From Rhizobiaceae bacterium (GTDB lineage Bacteria > Pseudomonadota > Alphaproteobacteria > Rhizobiales > Rhizobiaceae): a DNA stretch of 64,000 bases. Numbering within the stretch: the stretch's first letter is position 1; every line of letters begins with the position of its first letter. The position numbers and the translations under genes were made by a program. Positions 18,697-28,833 of the stretch are shown here, piece after piece. The stretch lies in contig JBDHTA010000001.1 of assembly GCA_039808465.1 (NCBI GenBank), positions 1,578 to 65,577 of the forward strand, written 5' to 3'. The notes below the pieces were generated by a model that was not told the DNA's origin, searched no databases, and saw only the letters and a program-made list of their open reading frames with translations.

Positions 18697-19467
18697 ATGA
18701 GACTTCAGGACAAGATCGCGCTTATCACCGGCGGCGCGCGCGGCATCGGCCTCGGCTTTGCCGAGGCCTTCGTGGCCGAGGGCGCGAAGGTCATCATCGC
18801 CGACATCAACCTCGCGCGCGCCGAGGAAGCGGCCGCTTCCATCGGCCCGGCCGCGACGGCGATCAGGATCGACGTCACCGATCTGGCCGATATCGACGCG
18901 GTCGTCAAAAAGATCGACGAGGATTTCGGCGGCATCGACATTCTCGTCAACAACGCGGCCATCTTCGACATGGCGCCGATCCAGGCGATCACCGAGGACA
19001 GCTACGACCGCGTGATGAACGTCAACCTGAAGGGCCCGCTGTTCACCATGAAGGCGGTGGCCAATGTCATGATCGCGCGCGGGCGCGGCGGCAAGATCAT
19101 CAACATGGCCAGCCAGGCCGGGCGGCGCGGCGAAGCGCTGGTGACGCTCTATTGCGCCTCCAAGGCCGCGATCATCTCCGCCACCCAGTCGGCGGCGCTG
19201 GCGCTGGTCAAGCACGGCATCAACGTCAACGCCATCGCCCCCGGCGTGGTCGACGGCGAGCATTGGGACGTCGTGGACGCGAAATTCGCCGAATGGGAAG
19301 GCCTGAAGCCCGGCGAGAAGAAAGCCGCCGTCGCCGCCTCCGTGCCGATCGGCCGCTTTGCGACGCCCGACGACATCAAGGGCCTTGCCGTCTTCCTCGC
19401 CTCGAAGGACAGCGATTATATTCTCGCCCAGACCTATAATGTCGACGGCGGCAACTGGATGAGCTAA
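18697..19467 (+). CDS. Short-chain dehydrogenase/reductase, polyol (sorbitol/galactitol) dehydrogenase-like
   Basis: TGGARGIG cofactor motif, NNAA, catalytic YCASKAA. Start ATG 18697 (MRLQDKIALITGG) with SD GGAGAA. The track merges it into the longer ORF 17989..19467. Confidence 0.88.
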   Translation: MRLQDKIALITGGARGIGLGFAEAFVAEGAKVIIADINLARAEEAAASIGPAATAIRIDVTDLADIDAVVKKIDEDFGGIDILVNNAAIFDMAPIQAITEDSYDRVMNVNLKGPLFTMKAVANVMIARGRGGKIINMASQAGRRGEALVTLYCASKAAIISATQSAALALVKHGINVNAIAPGVVDGEHWDVVDAKFAEWEGLKPGEKKAAVAASVPIGRFATPDDIKGLAVFLASKDSDYILAQTYNVDGGNWMS

Positions 19468-19591
19468 AGCCACGACGATGGCGCCTTCCCGCCCCTGCCG
19501 GACGGGAAGGCGCCTCGGAAAACGCATGAGCGTGTCCGGCGGCGCTGCTTCGCCCGGACCTGCTCCGGAGGCGCGCAGGGAGCGCAGGGTT

Positions 19592-20623
19592 GTGGCCAAG
19601 TCGATCAAAACGATGGAGGATTTTTCAGCATTCGTCGGCCTGTCGCGGCCGACCGTGTCGAAATATTTCCACGATCCGTCCTCGGTGCGCAAGAAGACGC
19701 GCGACACCATCGAGGAGGCGCTGAGGAAATCCGGCTTCCGCCCGAACATTCTGGCGGTCAACCTCAACCGCCGCCGCTCCAACATCATCGGCGTGGTCAT
19801 CCCGAACTCGATCGACCCCTTCTACATGGCGCTGACCCGGCGCATCGAACTCATCGCCAACAGCGCGGGCTACCTCCCCTTCGTCCTCTCCTCCGACGGG
19901 CGCATGGAAATGGAGGAGAACGCGATCAAGATCTTCAAGTCCATGAATGTCGCCGGGGCGATCATCGCCCCGCTGATCATGCGCTCGCGCCAGCCCATGC
20001 TGGAGCAGCTCAGCCAGTCCATCCCGATCGTCTATATCGACTCGCCGATCAACGACACCTCGCCCTTTGTCGGCACCGACAATCGCCAGAGCTTCGGCCT
20101 GATCGTCGATTATCTCTGCCGCTCCGGCGAGCCGCCCTGCTATTTCGGCATGCCGCAGATCAACACGAATGCGGTGGCCCGGGCGAGCGCCTATAGCGAG
20201 GCGATGCAGCGGCTGGACGTCGAGCCGCGCGTCGTGCCGATTTCCGACGCGATGACCTGGGATTTCGAGAAATTCGCCTTCGAGGAAGCCAACCGGCTTT
20301 TCGAGAATATCGACCGGCTTCCCTCGCGCACGATTCTCTGCGCCAACGACCGCCTGGCCTTCGGTGTGATCGCCGCCGCCTGGCAGCGCGGGCTGAAGGT
20401 CGGCCACGGCGCGGAAAACGACCTGCGCGTCGCCGGTCACGACGATCATCCGCTTTCGGAATACGCCTGCCCGCCGATCACCACCGTCGCGCAGAATTAC
20501 AACGAGATCGGCCGCATCGCGATCGAGCTTCTGCTCTGCAAGCTGAACGATGCGGATGAGGCGGGCTGCGGCAAGGATCAGGTTCTGCTCAAGGCCGACC
20601 TGATGCTGCGGCGCTCCGCCTGA
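19592..20623 (+). CDS. LacI-family transcriptional regulator
   Basis: N-terminal HTH KSIKTMEDFSAFVGLSRPTVSKYF plus a periplasmic-binding-fold sugar sensor domain. GTG 19592 is chosen so that the HTH sits at the N-terminus. Alternative starts are ATG 19613 or further upstream. Confidence 0.8.
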   Translation: MAKSIKTMEDFSAFVGLSRPTVSKYFHDPSSVRKKTRDTIEEALRKSGFRPNILAVNLNRRRSNIIGVVIPNSIDPFYMALTRRIELIANSAGYLPFVLSSDGRMEMEENAIKIFKSMNVAGAIIAPLIMRSRQPMLEQLSQSIPIVYIDSPINDTSPFVGTDNRQSFGLIVDYLCRSGEPPCYFGMPQINTNAVARASAYSEAMQRLDVEPRVVPISDAMTWDFEKFAFEEANRLFENIDRLPSRTILCANDRLAFGVIAAAWQRGLKVGHGAENDLRVAGHDDHPLSEYACPPITTVAQNYNEIGRIAIELLLCKLNDADEAGCGKDQVLLKADLMLRRSA

Positions 20624-20636
20624 ACCGGGCGGCGGC

Positions 20637-20750
20637 GTTAGGCTTACCTCTCCCTGAATCCCTTCCCGTAAAGGGGCAAAGCAAGCTTCCAGCTTTCTCC
20701 CCCTTATGAGGGAGATGCCGGAAGGCAGAGGGGGTTTTCCATATGCAATG
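20637..20750 (-). repeat. Degenerate, internally deleted, reverse-oriented copy of the mosaic palindromic repeat
   Basis: gctttctcccccttatgagggagatgccggaaggcagagggggttttccatatgc is the reverse complement of the gcatatggaaaaccccctctgcc..ggcatctccccc...gggagaaagc module seen at 29789, 32065 and 41747. Confidence 0.7.
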
Positions 20751-20872
20751 GCAACCCGCCTCCCCTAACGAATCCCGGCCGCGCCCGGAAATTCCGCTGG
20801 CTTTCGGGGCGGGAATTGCGGCATAGAGCATGTTCCGCAACGGAAAATGCACGCAAAGCCGGATTTCACGCC

Positions 20873-21289
20873 ATGAGCGACAGGCGCGCCACGGAAAAAC
20901 TGTTCCCGCTCGCAAAACGTTTCGTCACGTTCAGCGGCGGCTCGGTGCTGGGCGCGGCGATCGATTACGCGCTGACCATGCTGTGCTACCATCTGCTGCG
21001 TATGGACCCGTCCGTGGCGTTGGCGCTGGCGATGACGGTCAGCGCTTCCGTCGTTTTCCTCTATCACGAGAAGATCACCTTCCGCGCCTCCGGGCCCGGC
21101 CGGGGCTCGCGCTACCTGCGGTTTGCGGCGCTGGCCGTGCTGGTTCTCGGCCTGCGCGTCATCGCCGTGCGGGCGCTCACCGCCGCCGGGCTTCCCGTCG
21201 CGCTGGCGCTCGCCATCGCCATCGTGCTGGTCTCGATCCTCAACTTCGCCGCCTCCTCCATGCTGATTTTCCTGAGACCGTCCGAATGA
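20873..21289 (+). CDS. GtrA-family small membrane protein
   Basis: 138 aa, 4 hydrophobic segments, RFVTFSGGSVLGAAIDYALT... typical of GtrA-like proteins. The stop overlaps the next start (ATGA 21286-21289). Confidence 0.75.
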   Translation: MSDRRATEKLFPLAKRFVTFSGGSVLGAAIDYALTMLCYHLLRMDPSVALALAMTVSASVVFLYHEKITFRASGPGRGSRYLRFAALAVLVLGLRVIAVRALTAAGLPVALALAIAIVLVSILNFAASSMLIFLRPSE

Positions 21290-22254
21290 ACCGCCAGAAA
21301 CTGACGATCGTCGTTCCGATCTATAACGAGAGCGAAAATCTTTCCGCGCTCGCCGCCCGCCTGAACGACGTCTCGGCGCGCATCGAGGCGGGCGGAACGC
21401 TTGCCGTCGGCTATGTCTTCGTGGATGACGGCAGCCGCGACGGCAGCTTCGACCAGCTCGCCGCCATGGATTTCGGCGGGCGGCGGGTGCGGCTTTTGCG
21501 CTTCTCGCGCAATTTCGGCAAGGAAGCGGCGCTTTCGGCGGGCATCGACGCGGCGGATGACGCCGACGCCATCGTGATGATGGACGCCGACCTGCAACAT
21601 CCGCCCGAACTGGTGCTGGAGCTGGTGCGCATCTGGCAGAGCGAGAAGGTCGACAGCGTCTACACCTACAAGGAAGAACGCCGCGCCGCCGAAGGCGCGC
21701 TGAAGGCGTCGCTGACGCGCGGCTTCTACTGGATCATGAATCGCGGCGCGCGCTTCCGCATCACCGAGAATGCCGGTGATTTCCGCCTGATCAGCCGCCG
21801 CTTCGCCGATACGCTGCGGCAATTGCCGGAAAGCGAGCGCTTCATGAAGGGGCTGTATGGCTGGGTCGGCTTTCCGCAGCGCGGCGTGCCCTTCTCGCCG
21901 CCGGAGCGCGAGCATGGCGCCTCCAGCTTCAACGCGCTGCGGCTGGTGGCGCTGTCCTTCGACGCCATGACCAGCTTCACCACCGCGCCGCTGCGCCTGA
22001 TGGCGCTGGCGGGGCTCGTCATCGCGGGCGGCAGCACGCTGTACGGGCTCTATATCGTCATCGAGCGGCTTTTCTTCCTCTCCAGCGGCATCGGCATTTC
22101 CTCGGTGCTGGCGCTGGTTTCCTTCTTTGGCGGAATGCAGATGATCTTTTTCGGCCTGATCGGCGAATATATCGGCAAGACGATCCTGGAGGCGAAGCGA
22201 AGGCCCGCCTATATCGTCGCCGACGACCTGAAGCGCGGCGGGGAGGCCCCATGA
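21286..22254 (+). CDS. GT2 polyprenyl-phosphate glycosyltransferase (ArnC/DPM1-like)
   Basis: LTIVVPIYNESENL, VDDGSRDGS, MMDADLQHPPE (DXD), and two C-terminal TM helices, as in ArnC. Confidence 0.85.
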   Translation: MNRQKLTIVVPIYNESENLSALAARLNDVSARIEAGGTLAVGYVFVDDGSRDGSFDQLAAMDFGGRRVRLLRFSRNFGKEAALSAGIDAADDADAIVMMDADLQHPPELVLELVRIWQSEKVDSVYTYKEERRAAEGALKASLTRGFYWIMNRGARFRITENAGDFRLISRRFADTLRQLPESERFMKGLYGWVGFPQRGVPFSPPEREHGASSFNALRLVALSFDAMTSFTTAPLRLMALAGLVIAGGSTLYGLYIVIERLFFLSSGIGISSVLALVSFFGGMQMIFFGLIGEYIGKTILEAKRRPAYIVADDLKRGGEAP

Positions 22255-23765
22255 TGCAGGCCCGGACCCGCAGGCTTTCCCCCGAACTCTTCATCCTTGT
22301 CCACTGCCTCGTCTGGTGGATCATGACCGTGATCGCCAAGCCGGTGCTGGACAGCTATGGCGACATGGTGGAGGTCTACGCCTGGTCGCAGCATTGGCTG
22401 CTGGGCTCCGACAAGCATCCGCAATTCCTGCCATGGATGGCGAAGCTGTGGTTCACGGTCATGCCGCAGAGCGTGCCCTCCTTCTTCGCGCTGTCGGCGG
22501 TCAATCTCGCCATCGGCCTCGCCGGTATCCTCGCCTTCGGGCGGGCGGTGAAGCTGACGGAATTGCAGATCGGCGCGGGGCTGGCGCTCTGCGCGCTCGC
22601 CTTTCCCTATCTGACGCTGTCCGGCAAGCTGAACATGAACACGATCAGCCTGTCGACATGGCCCTGGGCCGCCTGGGCGCTGGCGCGCACCATCGATCCG
22701 CAGAACGGCTGGCGGAACCTGCACGCGCTGCTGTTCGGCCTGCTGGCGGGGGCGGCGATGCTGGGGAAATATTTCTCCATCGTCCTCATCCTGCCGCTCT
22801 TCCTGTTTTCCTTCACGGCGCGCATGCGCCGGGTCTGGGCCACGCCCGCACCCTATATCGCCATCGCCGCCTTTCTCGCCGCCACCCTGCCGCATCTGTT
22901 CTGGCTGCTCGGCAACGAGCAGGGGCTGGCCTATGCCACCGGTCAGGGCACCGGCGACGATACCGGGCGGGTGGTCTATTACATCGTCAAGTTCCTGCTC
23001 GCGCCGCTGATCTACTGGCCGGTGCCGCTGGCGCTCGCCGCAGCCCTGCTTGTCACCGGGCCGGTTGCGGCGCGCCTGCCGCGCCTGTTGCGCCCGCCGC
23101 AGATCGACCTGCTGACGGTTGCCGCCATCGGCCCATGGCTCACCGCCATCCTGTTTTCAGTGTTCGGCTTCGCGGAACTGTCGATGCCTTGGGCGATCCC
23201 GGTCGGTTTCGCCTTCACGCTCTATCTCGCCCGCAATGCCGACGCGGCGGCGCTGGAGGCGAACGGGCCGCGCCTCATCGCCGCCTACCGCTTCATCTGG
23301 CCGCTGATGATCGCCACCGGCATCGGCATCGCCGCCGTCAACGCCTGGAAGGGCAATACCCGCTTCTACGCGCCGAACGAGGAAGCGGCGGCGGCGATCG
23401 TCGAGACATGGCGGCAGACGCACGCGGAGCCGCTGCGCTGGGTGGCAAGTGCCAACAACGCCGCGCAGATCGCCTTCCTCGCCCCGGAAAAGATCGAGGC
23501 GCTGCCTGCCCTGCCCAACCGCCTGCCCGCCTATTACCCGCCGCTCGCGGACTGGAAGGGCGAAGCAGGCGTCGTCTTCTGCTCGCTGGCCAGAAAAGGC
23601 CGGATCGACAGCGCCTGCATGGACGCGTCGGCCGCATGGGCGGCGGAAAACGGCATGCAGGCGGAAAAGGCGGTGCTGTCCGTCCACCGCAGCGGCCTGC
23701 GCTTCCCCCGCCATATCGATTACGATCTCGGCATCGTCTATGTCTTCCCCGCTGCTGATCGCTGA
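22251..23765 (+). CDS. ArnT/PMT-like (GT83/GT39) polytopic membrane glycosyltransferase
   Basis: 504 aa with more than 10 TM segments. An N-terminal loop (KPVLDSYGDMVEVYAWSQHW) is followed by a hydrophobic core, as in 4-amino-arabinose/aminosugar lipid-A transferases. ATGA overlap with the GT2 gene. Confidence 0.7.
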   Translation: MMQARTRRLSPELFILVHCLVWWIMTVIAKPVLDSYGDMVEVYAWSQHWLLGSDKHPQFLPWMAKLWFTVMPQSVPSFFALSAVNLAIGLAGILAFGRAVKLTELQIGAGLALCALAFPYLTLSGKLNMNTISLSTWPWAAWALARTIDPQNGWRNLHALLFGLLAGAAMLGKYFSIVLILPLFLFSFTARMRRVWATPAPYIAIAAFLAATLPHLFWLLGNEQGLAYATGQGTGDDTGRVVYYIVKFLLAPLIYWPVPLALAAALLVTGPVAARLPRLLRPPQIDLLTVAAIGPWLTAILFSVFGFAELSMPWAIPVGFAFTLYLARNADAAALEANGPRLIAAYRFIWPLMIATGIGIAAVNAWKGNTRFYAPNEEAAAAIVETWRQTHAEPLRWVASANNAAQIAFLAPEKIEALPALPNRLPAYYPPLADWKGEAGVVFCSLARKGRIDSACMDASAAWAAENGMQAEKAVLSVHRSGLRFPRHIDYDLGIVYVFPAADR

Positions 23766-24540
23766 CGATTTCGGCCTTGGGCGCGGCCATGACCGGGTGA
23801 TCCTCGATCTGATCGGGGAAGGCCGTCTCGGCGGCACCTCGGTCATGGTCGACGGCGATATCGCGCCGCCCGATCTGGAGCGGCTGCGGCGCCTGCGGGC
23901 CAGCGGGGCGCAGGTCGGCCTGCACCTCAATCTCAGCTATCGTTTCGCGGCCTCGCCGGTCTGCCATCCCATCGGCGCCCTGATGCGGCTATGCCTGACC
24001 GGGCGGATGCCGCCTGATGCGCGGCCGGAATTCCAGCGGCAGGCGGAGCGTTTCGCCGCGCTGTTCGGCGACCTGCCGGATTATTACGACGGCCACCAGC
24101 ATTGCCATTGCCTGCCGGGGTTGTCGCGGCTTGCCGCCGCCCTGCCGCAAGGCGGGAAACGCTGGATGCGCGTGCCGCTGCCCGCCAGCCTCTCCGGTCT
24201 GGCGTTGAACCTGCGCTCGGGCGGCGCGAAGGTGGCGGTGATCGCCGCCCTTGCCCGCCATGCGAAGGGCGTGTTCCGCCGCTCGGGTTGGCGCGTCAAT
24301 GCGGATTTCTCCGGCTTCCTGCGGCTCGGCGATCCCGGCTCGGTCGATCTCTGGCTGCCGCGCCTGCTTGCGGCGGCCGGGGATTCCTGCCTGGTGATGA
24401 CGCATCCCGGCGATGCGGCCGATCCGGCGCAATGCGAGGGCCATGCGGGCGCCTGCCGCGCCCGCGAAGCCGCGATCCTGCGGGCTCAATCCTCCCCGGT
24501 CACCCGGCCGAGCACTGTCTTCAAATCGTTCAGGCCATAG
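23740..24540 (+). CDS. YdjC/ChbG-family carbohydrate deacetylase
   Basis: Starts MSSPLLIADDFGLGRGHDRVILDL (the canonical ADDFG N-terminus of YdjC-like proteins) and contains DGHQHCH. It overlaps the preceding gene by 26 nt. Confidence 0.7.
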   Translation: MSSPLLIADDFGLGRGHDRVILDLIGEGRLGGTSVMVDGDIAPPDLERLRRLRASGAQVGLHLNLSYRFAASPVCHPIGALMRLCLTGRMPPDARPEFQRQAERFAALFGDLPDYYDGHQHCHCLPGLSRLAAALPQGGKRWMRVPLPASLSGLALNLRSGGAKVAVIAALARHAKGVFRRSGWRVNADFSGFLRLGDPGSVDLWLPRLLAAAGDSCLVMTHPGDAADPAQCEGHAGACRAREAAILRAQSSPVTRPSTVFKSFRP

Positions 24541-27500
24541 GGCTTGGGCAGGTAAAAGGAACGCCCGGCGGCAAGCTTCGGGGCCTTCGCCTCTCCCGTC
24601 GCGAAGACGATGGGAAGACCGGCGCATTGCTCCAGCACCCGCCCGGCCAGCGCCTCGCCGGACATATCCGGCAGGCCCATGTCGATCATCGCCACATCGA
24701 AGCCGCCGCCATTCAGCGCGGCCAGCGCCTCGGCGCCGTTTCCGGCCTCCACGCAGGCATGGCCGAGTTCGGCCAGCATGTCGGCGGTATCCATGCGGAT
24801 CAGCGGCTGGTCCTCGACCAGCAGGATGCGCAGGCTTTTCGGCTGTTCCGGCGCGGGCTCCGGTGCCGGATGCGCAGGCTCCTCGGCCTTCCTTGCCTGC
24901 ATGAGCTGCGCCTCGTTGGCGAGAACATGGCGGATCTTGCGGGCCAGTTGCTCGCGCGTATAGGGCTTGGAGAGAAGCTGCACGCCGGGATCGAGCCGCC
25001 CGCCATGCACGATGGAATTTTCCGTATAGCCGGAGGTGAACAGCACGGCGATGGCGGGCAGCCGCTCCTTGGCCTGACGCGCCAGATCGGCGCTTTTCAG
25101 GCTGCCGGGCATGATGACATCGGTAAACAGCAGGTCGATGGCGATGCCGCTTTCGATGATGGCGAGCGCGGAGGCCGCATCCGGCGCCTTCAGCACGTTG
25201 TAGCCCAGCTCGCGCAGCATATCGACGACGGTGGTGCGCACGCCCTCGTCGTCCTCGGCGACGAGAATGGTCTCGCGCCCGCCGATGACGGGCGCATCCA
25301 GCGTATCGACGGCCAGATCCTCCTGCTGGCGCGAGCGCGGAAGATAAATCTTCACCGTCGTTCCATGCCCGACCTCGCTGTAGATCTTCACATGCCCGCC
25401 CGATTGCTTGACGAAGCCGTAGACCATCGACAGGCCAAGCCCGGTGCCCTTGCCCTCGGCCTTGGTGGTAAAGAAGGGGTCGAACACCTTCGTCAATATG
25501 TCGGCGGGCATGCCGCTGCCGGTATCCGTCACCGACAGCGCCACATATTGCCCCGGCTCCACATCCTCGTTCATGCGCGCGTAATTGTCGTCGATGAAGG
25601 CGTTGCCGACCTCGATGGTCAGCTTGCCGAAGCCGTCCATGGCGTCGCGGGCGTTGATCGCCAGGTTGAGCAGCGAATTTTCGATCTGCACCGGGTCGAC
25701 CAGCGTGTTCCACAAGCCTCCCGAAACCATGGTTTCGATTTCCACGCCCTCGCCGATGGTGCGCCTCAGCATCTCGTCCATGCCGGTGATCAGGCGGCCG
25801 ACATTCAGCACCCGCGGATCGAGCGCCTGCCTGCGGCCGAAGGCGAGAAGCTGGGCGGCGAGCTTCGCCCCCTTGCCCACCCCCGCCAGCGCATTGGCGA
25901 TGCGCCGCCCGGCCTTGTCGTCGCCCGCGATATCGCGGGCGAGAAGCTGGAGATTGCCGGAAATCACCTGAAGCAGATTGTTGAAATCATGAGCGACGCC
26001 GCCGGTAAGATTGCCGATCGCCTCCATCTTCTGCGCCTGTTGCAGCGCAAGCTCGGTCTTGCGCAGCGCCGCCGCCGCCTCGCGCTCCTCGGTCACGTCG
26101 CGGCCGACGGCGTGGATGAACTCCTCGCTCGGCACCGCCGTCCATGAAATGCGCCGGTAGCTGCCGTCCTTGCAGCGCAGGCGGTTTTCGAAGGAGAAGG
26201 TCGTGGCGCCCCCGGCCAGCCGCGCCACCTCCTGCTGCGCCGCCTCGCGATCCTCGGGATGGACCATGTCCATGATCGAACGGCCGAGCAGATCCTCCTC
26301 CGCCCAGCCGAACACCATGCTCCAGGCCGGGTTGACGGCGGTGATGCGGGTGGCGAAATCGGCGACCAGCATGATATCGGTCGAAAGCCGCCACATGCGG
26401 TCGCGGTCGGCGGTGCGCTCGGCCACGCGCTGCTCCAGCGTCGCGTTCAGCGCCTCCAGCTTCTCGCGGATCGAGCGCAATTCGTCGACATCCGTATTGG
26501 TGCCGATCCAGCGCAGGATGGCGCCCGCATCGTCGCGGATCGGCAGGGCGCGGGCGATGTACCAGCGGAAGACGCCGTCATGGCCGCGCAGCCGGTATTC
26601 CGTCTCGTAGGTCTCGCCCGAGGCCACCGCCTGACGCCAGCGCGCCACGGCGTTGTCGCGGTCGTCGGGATGGACGATCCGCAGCCAGTTGTCGCCGTCG
26701 AGTTCGTCCTGCGTCAGCCCGGTATAGCGGTAGACGCCCTCGTTGAACCAGTCGATCCAGCCGCACGGCCTGGCCGTCCAGACATGGTTGGGCAGGGCCT
26801 GCGCCAGCGCCCGGAAGCGCGCCTCGCTCTCGTAAAGCTCCTTCTGCGCCCGGCGGCGCTCGGTCACATCCTGCACCACGCCGACGAATCGCACCGGCTC
26901 ACCGCGGTCGTCGCGCTCGAATTCGCCGCGCCGGGCGATGACGCGCTCCTCGCCGGTATCGGCGCGGTGGATGGTGTATTCGACGCTGAGCGGCGCGCTG
27001 GCCTCGCTGCGCGTCTGCCCGTTGGAGGCGACGCCGCGATCCTGCTCCACGATCAGGCTTTCGATGACGTCCACCGGCGCGGCATCCGCCTCGGGAATGC
27101 CGTAGATCTTGCAGAATTCCGGCGTCAGGCTCAGCGTGTTGGTTTTGATATCCAGCGAGAACACGCCGACGCCGCCCACTTCCTGCGCCCGGCGCAGCCG
27201 CGCCTCGGCCTCGGCCAGCGCCATGTTGGCGAGATATTCGTCGGTGCGGTCGCGCAGCACCTTCACCAGCCCGACCGGCGTGCCGTCGCCGTCGCGCAAC
27301 GGGTTGATCTCGCCATTCGCCCAGAAGCGGTCGCCGGATTTGCGCACATGCCAGCGCTCGTGATGGGCGGTGCCCAGCGCCAGCGCCGCATCCATCGCCT
27401 CCTGCGCCTTGCCCGCCTCGCGGTCCTCATGGGTAAACAGCATGTCCCAGTGGCGGCCCGCCACCTCCTCCTCGGTCCAGCCGAAGATGCGGCGCGCGCC

Positions 27501-28493
27501 CTCGTTCCAGCTCAGGATATGGCCGTTCAGCTCCAGCGCGATGATGGCGTAGTCGATGGCGCTGTCGAGGATCTGGCGGCTCTGGCGGGCCGTGGCCTGC
27601 ACGGCGCGCTCGGCCATCACCCGGTCGGTGACATCGCTGCCCTGCACGAAGATGCCGACGGTCCGCCCCTCGGGATCGACGACCGGCTGGTAGACGAAAT
27701 CGACGAATTTCGTTTCGAACGGGCCATCGGGCGCCGCTTGCAGCCGCACCGGTTGCGCCGTGCCGCAAAAGGGCTTTCCGCTCTCGAAAACCCCGTCCAG
27801 CAATTCGCAGAACCCCTGATCGTCCAGCTCCGGCAGCGCCTCGCGCACGGTCTTGTCGAGGATCTCGCGATGGCCGACGAGCTGCATATAGGCGGGGTTG
27901 GCGAAGCGGAACACATGGCCGCGCCCATGCAGCATGGCGTTGAAGCCCGGCGCCTGCTCGAACATCTGGCGCAGCCGCTCCTGCTCGTTCTTCAGCCAGC
28001 GCTCGGCGCGCACCTTCTCGGTGGTTTCCACCACGATGGCCATCACGCCGACCGGCTTGCCCTCCTCGCCGAGAATCGGGGAGTAATCGAGGTTCATCGC
28101 CGCCTGCAACGGCCGCCCGCGCCGGAACAGCGTCAGTTCCTGATCCCTGTAGGCCAGCGTTGCGCCCGCAAGGCAGACGCGCATGATATTGTCGTTGAAT
28201 TCGGCGACCTCCGGCCAGGCTTCCCGCACCTTCAGGCCGAAGACGCCGGGATGGCGCGTGCCCGCGAATTCCGCATAGGCGTCGTTGTAGATCATCACGC
28301 CGTCCTCGTGCCACAGCGTCACGATCGGCACGGGCGAGCGCAGGACCAGCGAAATCACCGTCTTGATGCTTTGCGGCCATTCCCCGATGGGCCCGAGCGC
28401 GGTCGCGGCCCAATCGAATTCGGCGATCAGCGCCGCCATGCGGCCGCCGCCAGTGAGAAACGGAAGGTCATGTGGTTCGTTCACAGGGCGCAT
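24486..28493 (-). CDS. Multi-PAS hybrid sensor histidine kinase with two C-terminal receiver domains
   Basis: Several PAS/PAC-like repeats, H-box [18 protein letters not shown], HATPase VTDTGSGMP...[15 protein letters not shown]1 [11 protein letters not shown]...[13 protein letters not shown]2 [11 protein letters not shown]...[13 protein letters not shown]. No TM segment is seen. Start guessed at ATG 28493 (alternative 28442). Confidence 0.88.
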   Translation of the reverse strand: MRPVNEPHDLPFLTGGGRMAALIAEFDWAATALGPIGEWPQSIKTVISLVLRSPVPIVTLWHEDGVMIYNDAYAEFAGTRHPGVFGLKVREAWPEVAEFNDNIMRVCLAGATLAYRDQELTLFRRGRPLQAAMNLDYSPILGEEGKPVGVMAIVVETTEKVRAERWLKNEQERLRQMFEQAPGFNAMLHGRGHVFRFANPAYMQLVGHREILDKTVREALPELDDQGFCELLDGVFESGKPFCGTAQPVRLQAAPDGPFETKFVDFVYQPVVDPEGRTVGIFVQGSDVTDRVMAERAVQATARQSRQILDSAIDYAIIALELNGHILSWNEGARRIFGWTEEEVAGRHWDMLFTHEDREAGKAQEAMDAALALGTAHHERWHVRKSGDRFWANGEINPLRDGDGTPVGLVKVLRDRTDEYLANMALAEAEARLRRAQEVGGVGVFSLDIKTNTLSLTPEFCKIYGIPEADAAPVDVIESLIVEQDRGVASNGQTRSEASAPLSVEYTIHRADTGEERVIARRGEFERDDRGEPVRFVGVVQDVTERRRAQKELYESEARFRALAQALPNHVWTARPCGWIDWFNEGVYRYTGLTQDELDGDNWLRIVHPDDRDNAVARWRQAVASGETYETEYRLRGHDGVFRWYIARALPIRDDAGAILRWIGTNTDVDELRSIREKLEALNATLEQRVAERTADRDRMWRLSTDIMLVADFATRITAVNPAWSMVFGWAEEDLLGRSIMDMVHPEDREAAQQEVARLAGGATTFSFENRLRCKDGSYRRISWTAVPSEEFIHAVGRDVTEEREAAAALRKTELALQQAQKMEAIGNLTGGVAHDFNNLLQVISGNLQLLARDIAGDDKAGRRIANALAGVGKGAKLAAQLLAFGRRQALDPRVLNVGRLITGMDEMLRRTIGEGVEIETMVSGGLWNTLVDPVQIENSLLNLAINARDAMDGFGKLTIEVGNAFIDDNYARMNEDVEPGQYVALSVTDTGSGMPADILTKVFDPFFTTKAEGKGTGLGLSMVYGFVKQSGGHVKIYSEVGHGTTVKIYLPRSRQQEDLAVDTLDAPVIGGRETILVAEDDEGVRTTVVDMLRELGYNVLKAPDAASALAIIESGIAIDLLFTDVIMPGSLKSADLARQAKERLPAIAVLFTSGYTENSIVHGGRLDPGVQLLSKPYTREQLARKIRHVLANEAQLMQARKAEEPAHPAPEPAPEQPKSLRILLVEDQPLIRMDTADMLAELGHACVEAGNGAEALAALNGGGFDVAMIDMGLPDMSGEALAGRVLEQCAGLPIVFATGEAKAPKLAAGRSFYLPKPYGLNDLKTVLGRVTGED

Positions 28494-28772
28494 CTTCGCA
28501 AATTTGATATCCGGCAATCCGGCTGGACATCCATCTTGCGGAAAGCCACCGGAATTGCAAAGGAAATTGAAAGCCTTAACTCCGCCAACCGAACGCAGGC
28601 CCCCTGCAAGGCGATCCGCCCTGCCTGCCGCTCCCCGCGCCCCGATGGCGATAGGGCGCATATAGGCTTCGTATGGGCGAAGACGAGGGGGCAAGGCGCC
28701 GATTATCGCCAAGGGGCAGAACAAATGGCTGAATCGCGCATTTGTTCCCCTTCGCCGGGAAAATGATTTTCC

Positions 28773-28797
28773 GGAACCGTGAGGTTTTTCAGGCATT
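28773..28797 (+). promoter_or_regulatory. Candidate EcfG-like promoter upstream of the PepSY-like/YflT-like pair
   Basis: GGAAC(28773-28777)-N16-CATT(28794-28797). The -35 box is perfect and the -10 box matches 3/4. It lies about 40 nt upstream of ATG 28834. Confidence 0.3.
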
Positions 28798-28833
28798 TAC
28801 CGGGTGTCTTCTCATTCTCGAAAGGATGGACCC

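Noticed and set aside
24102-28766. Two long plus-strand ORFs (24102..26147 and 26259..28766)
   Set aside because: Both are antisense to the hybrid histidine kinase, whose H-box, HATPase and REC motifs are unambiguous on the minus strand.
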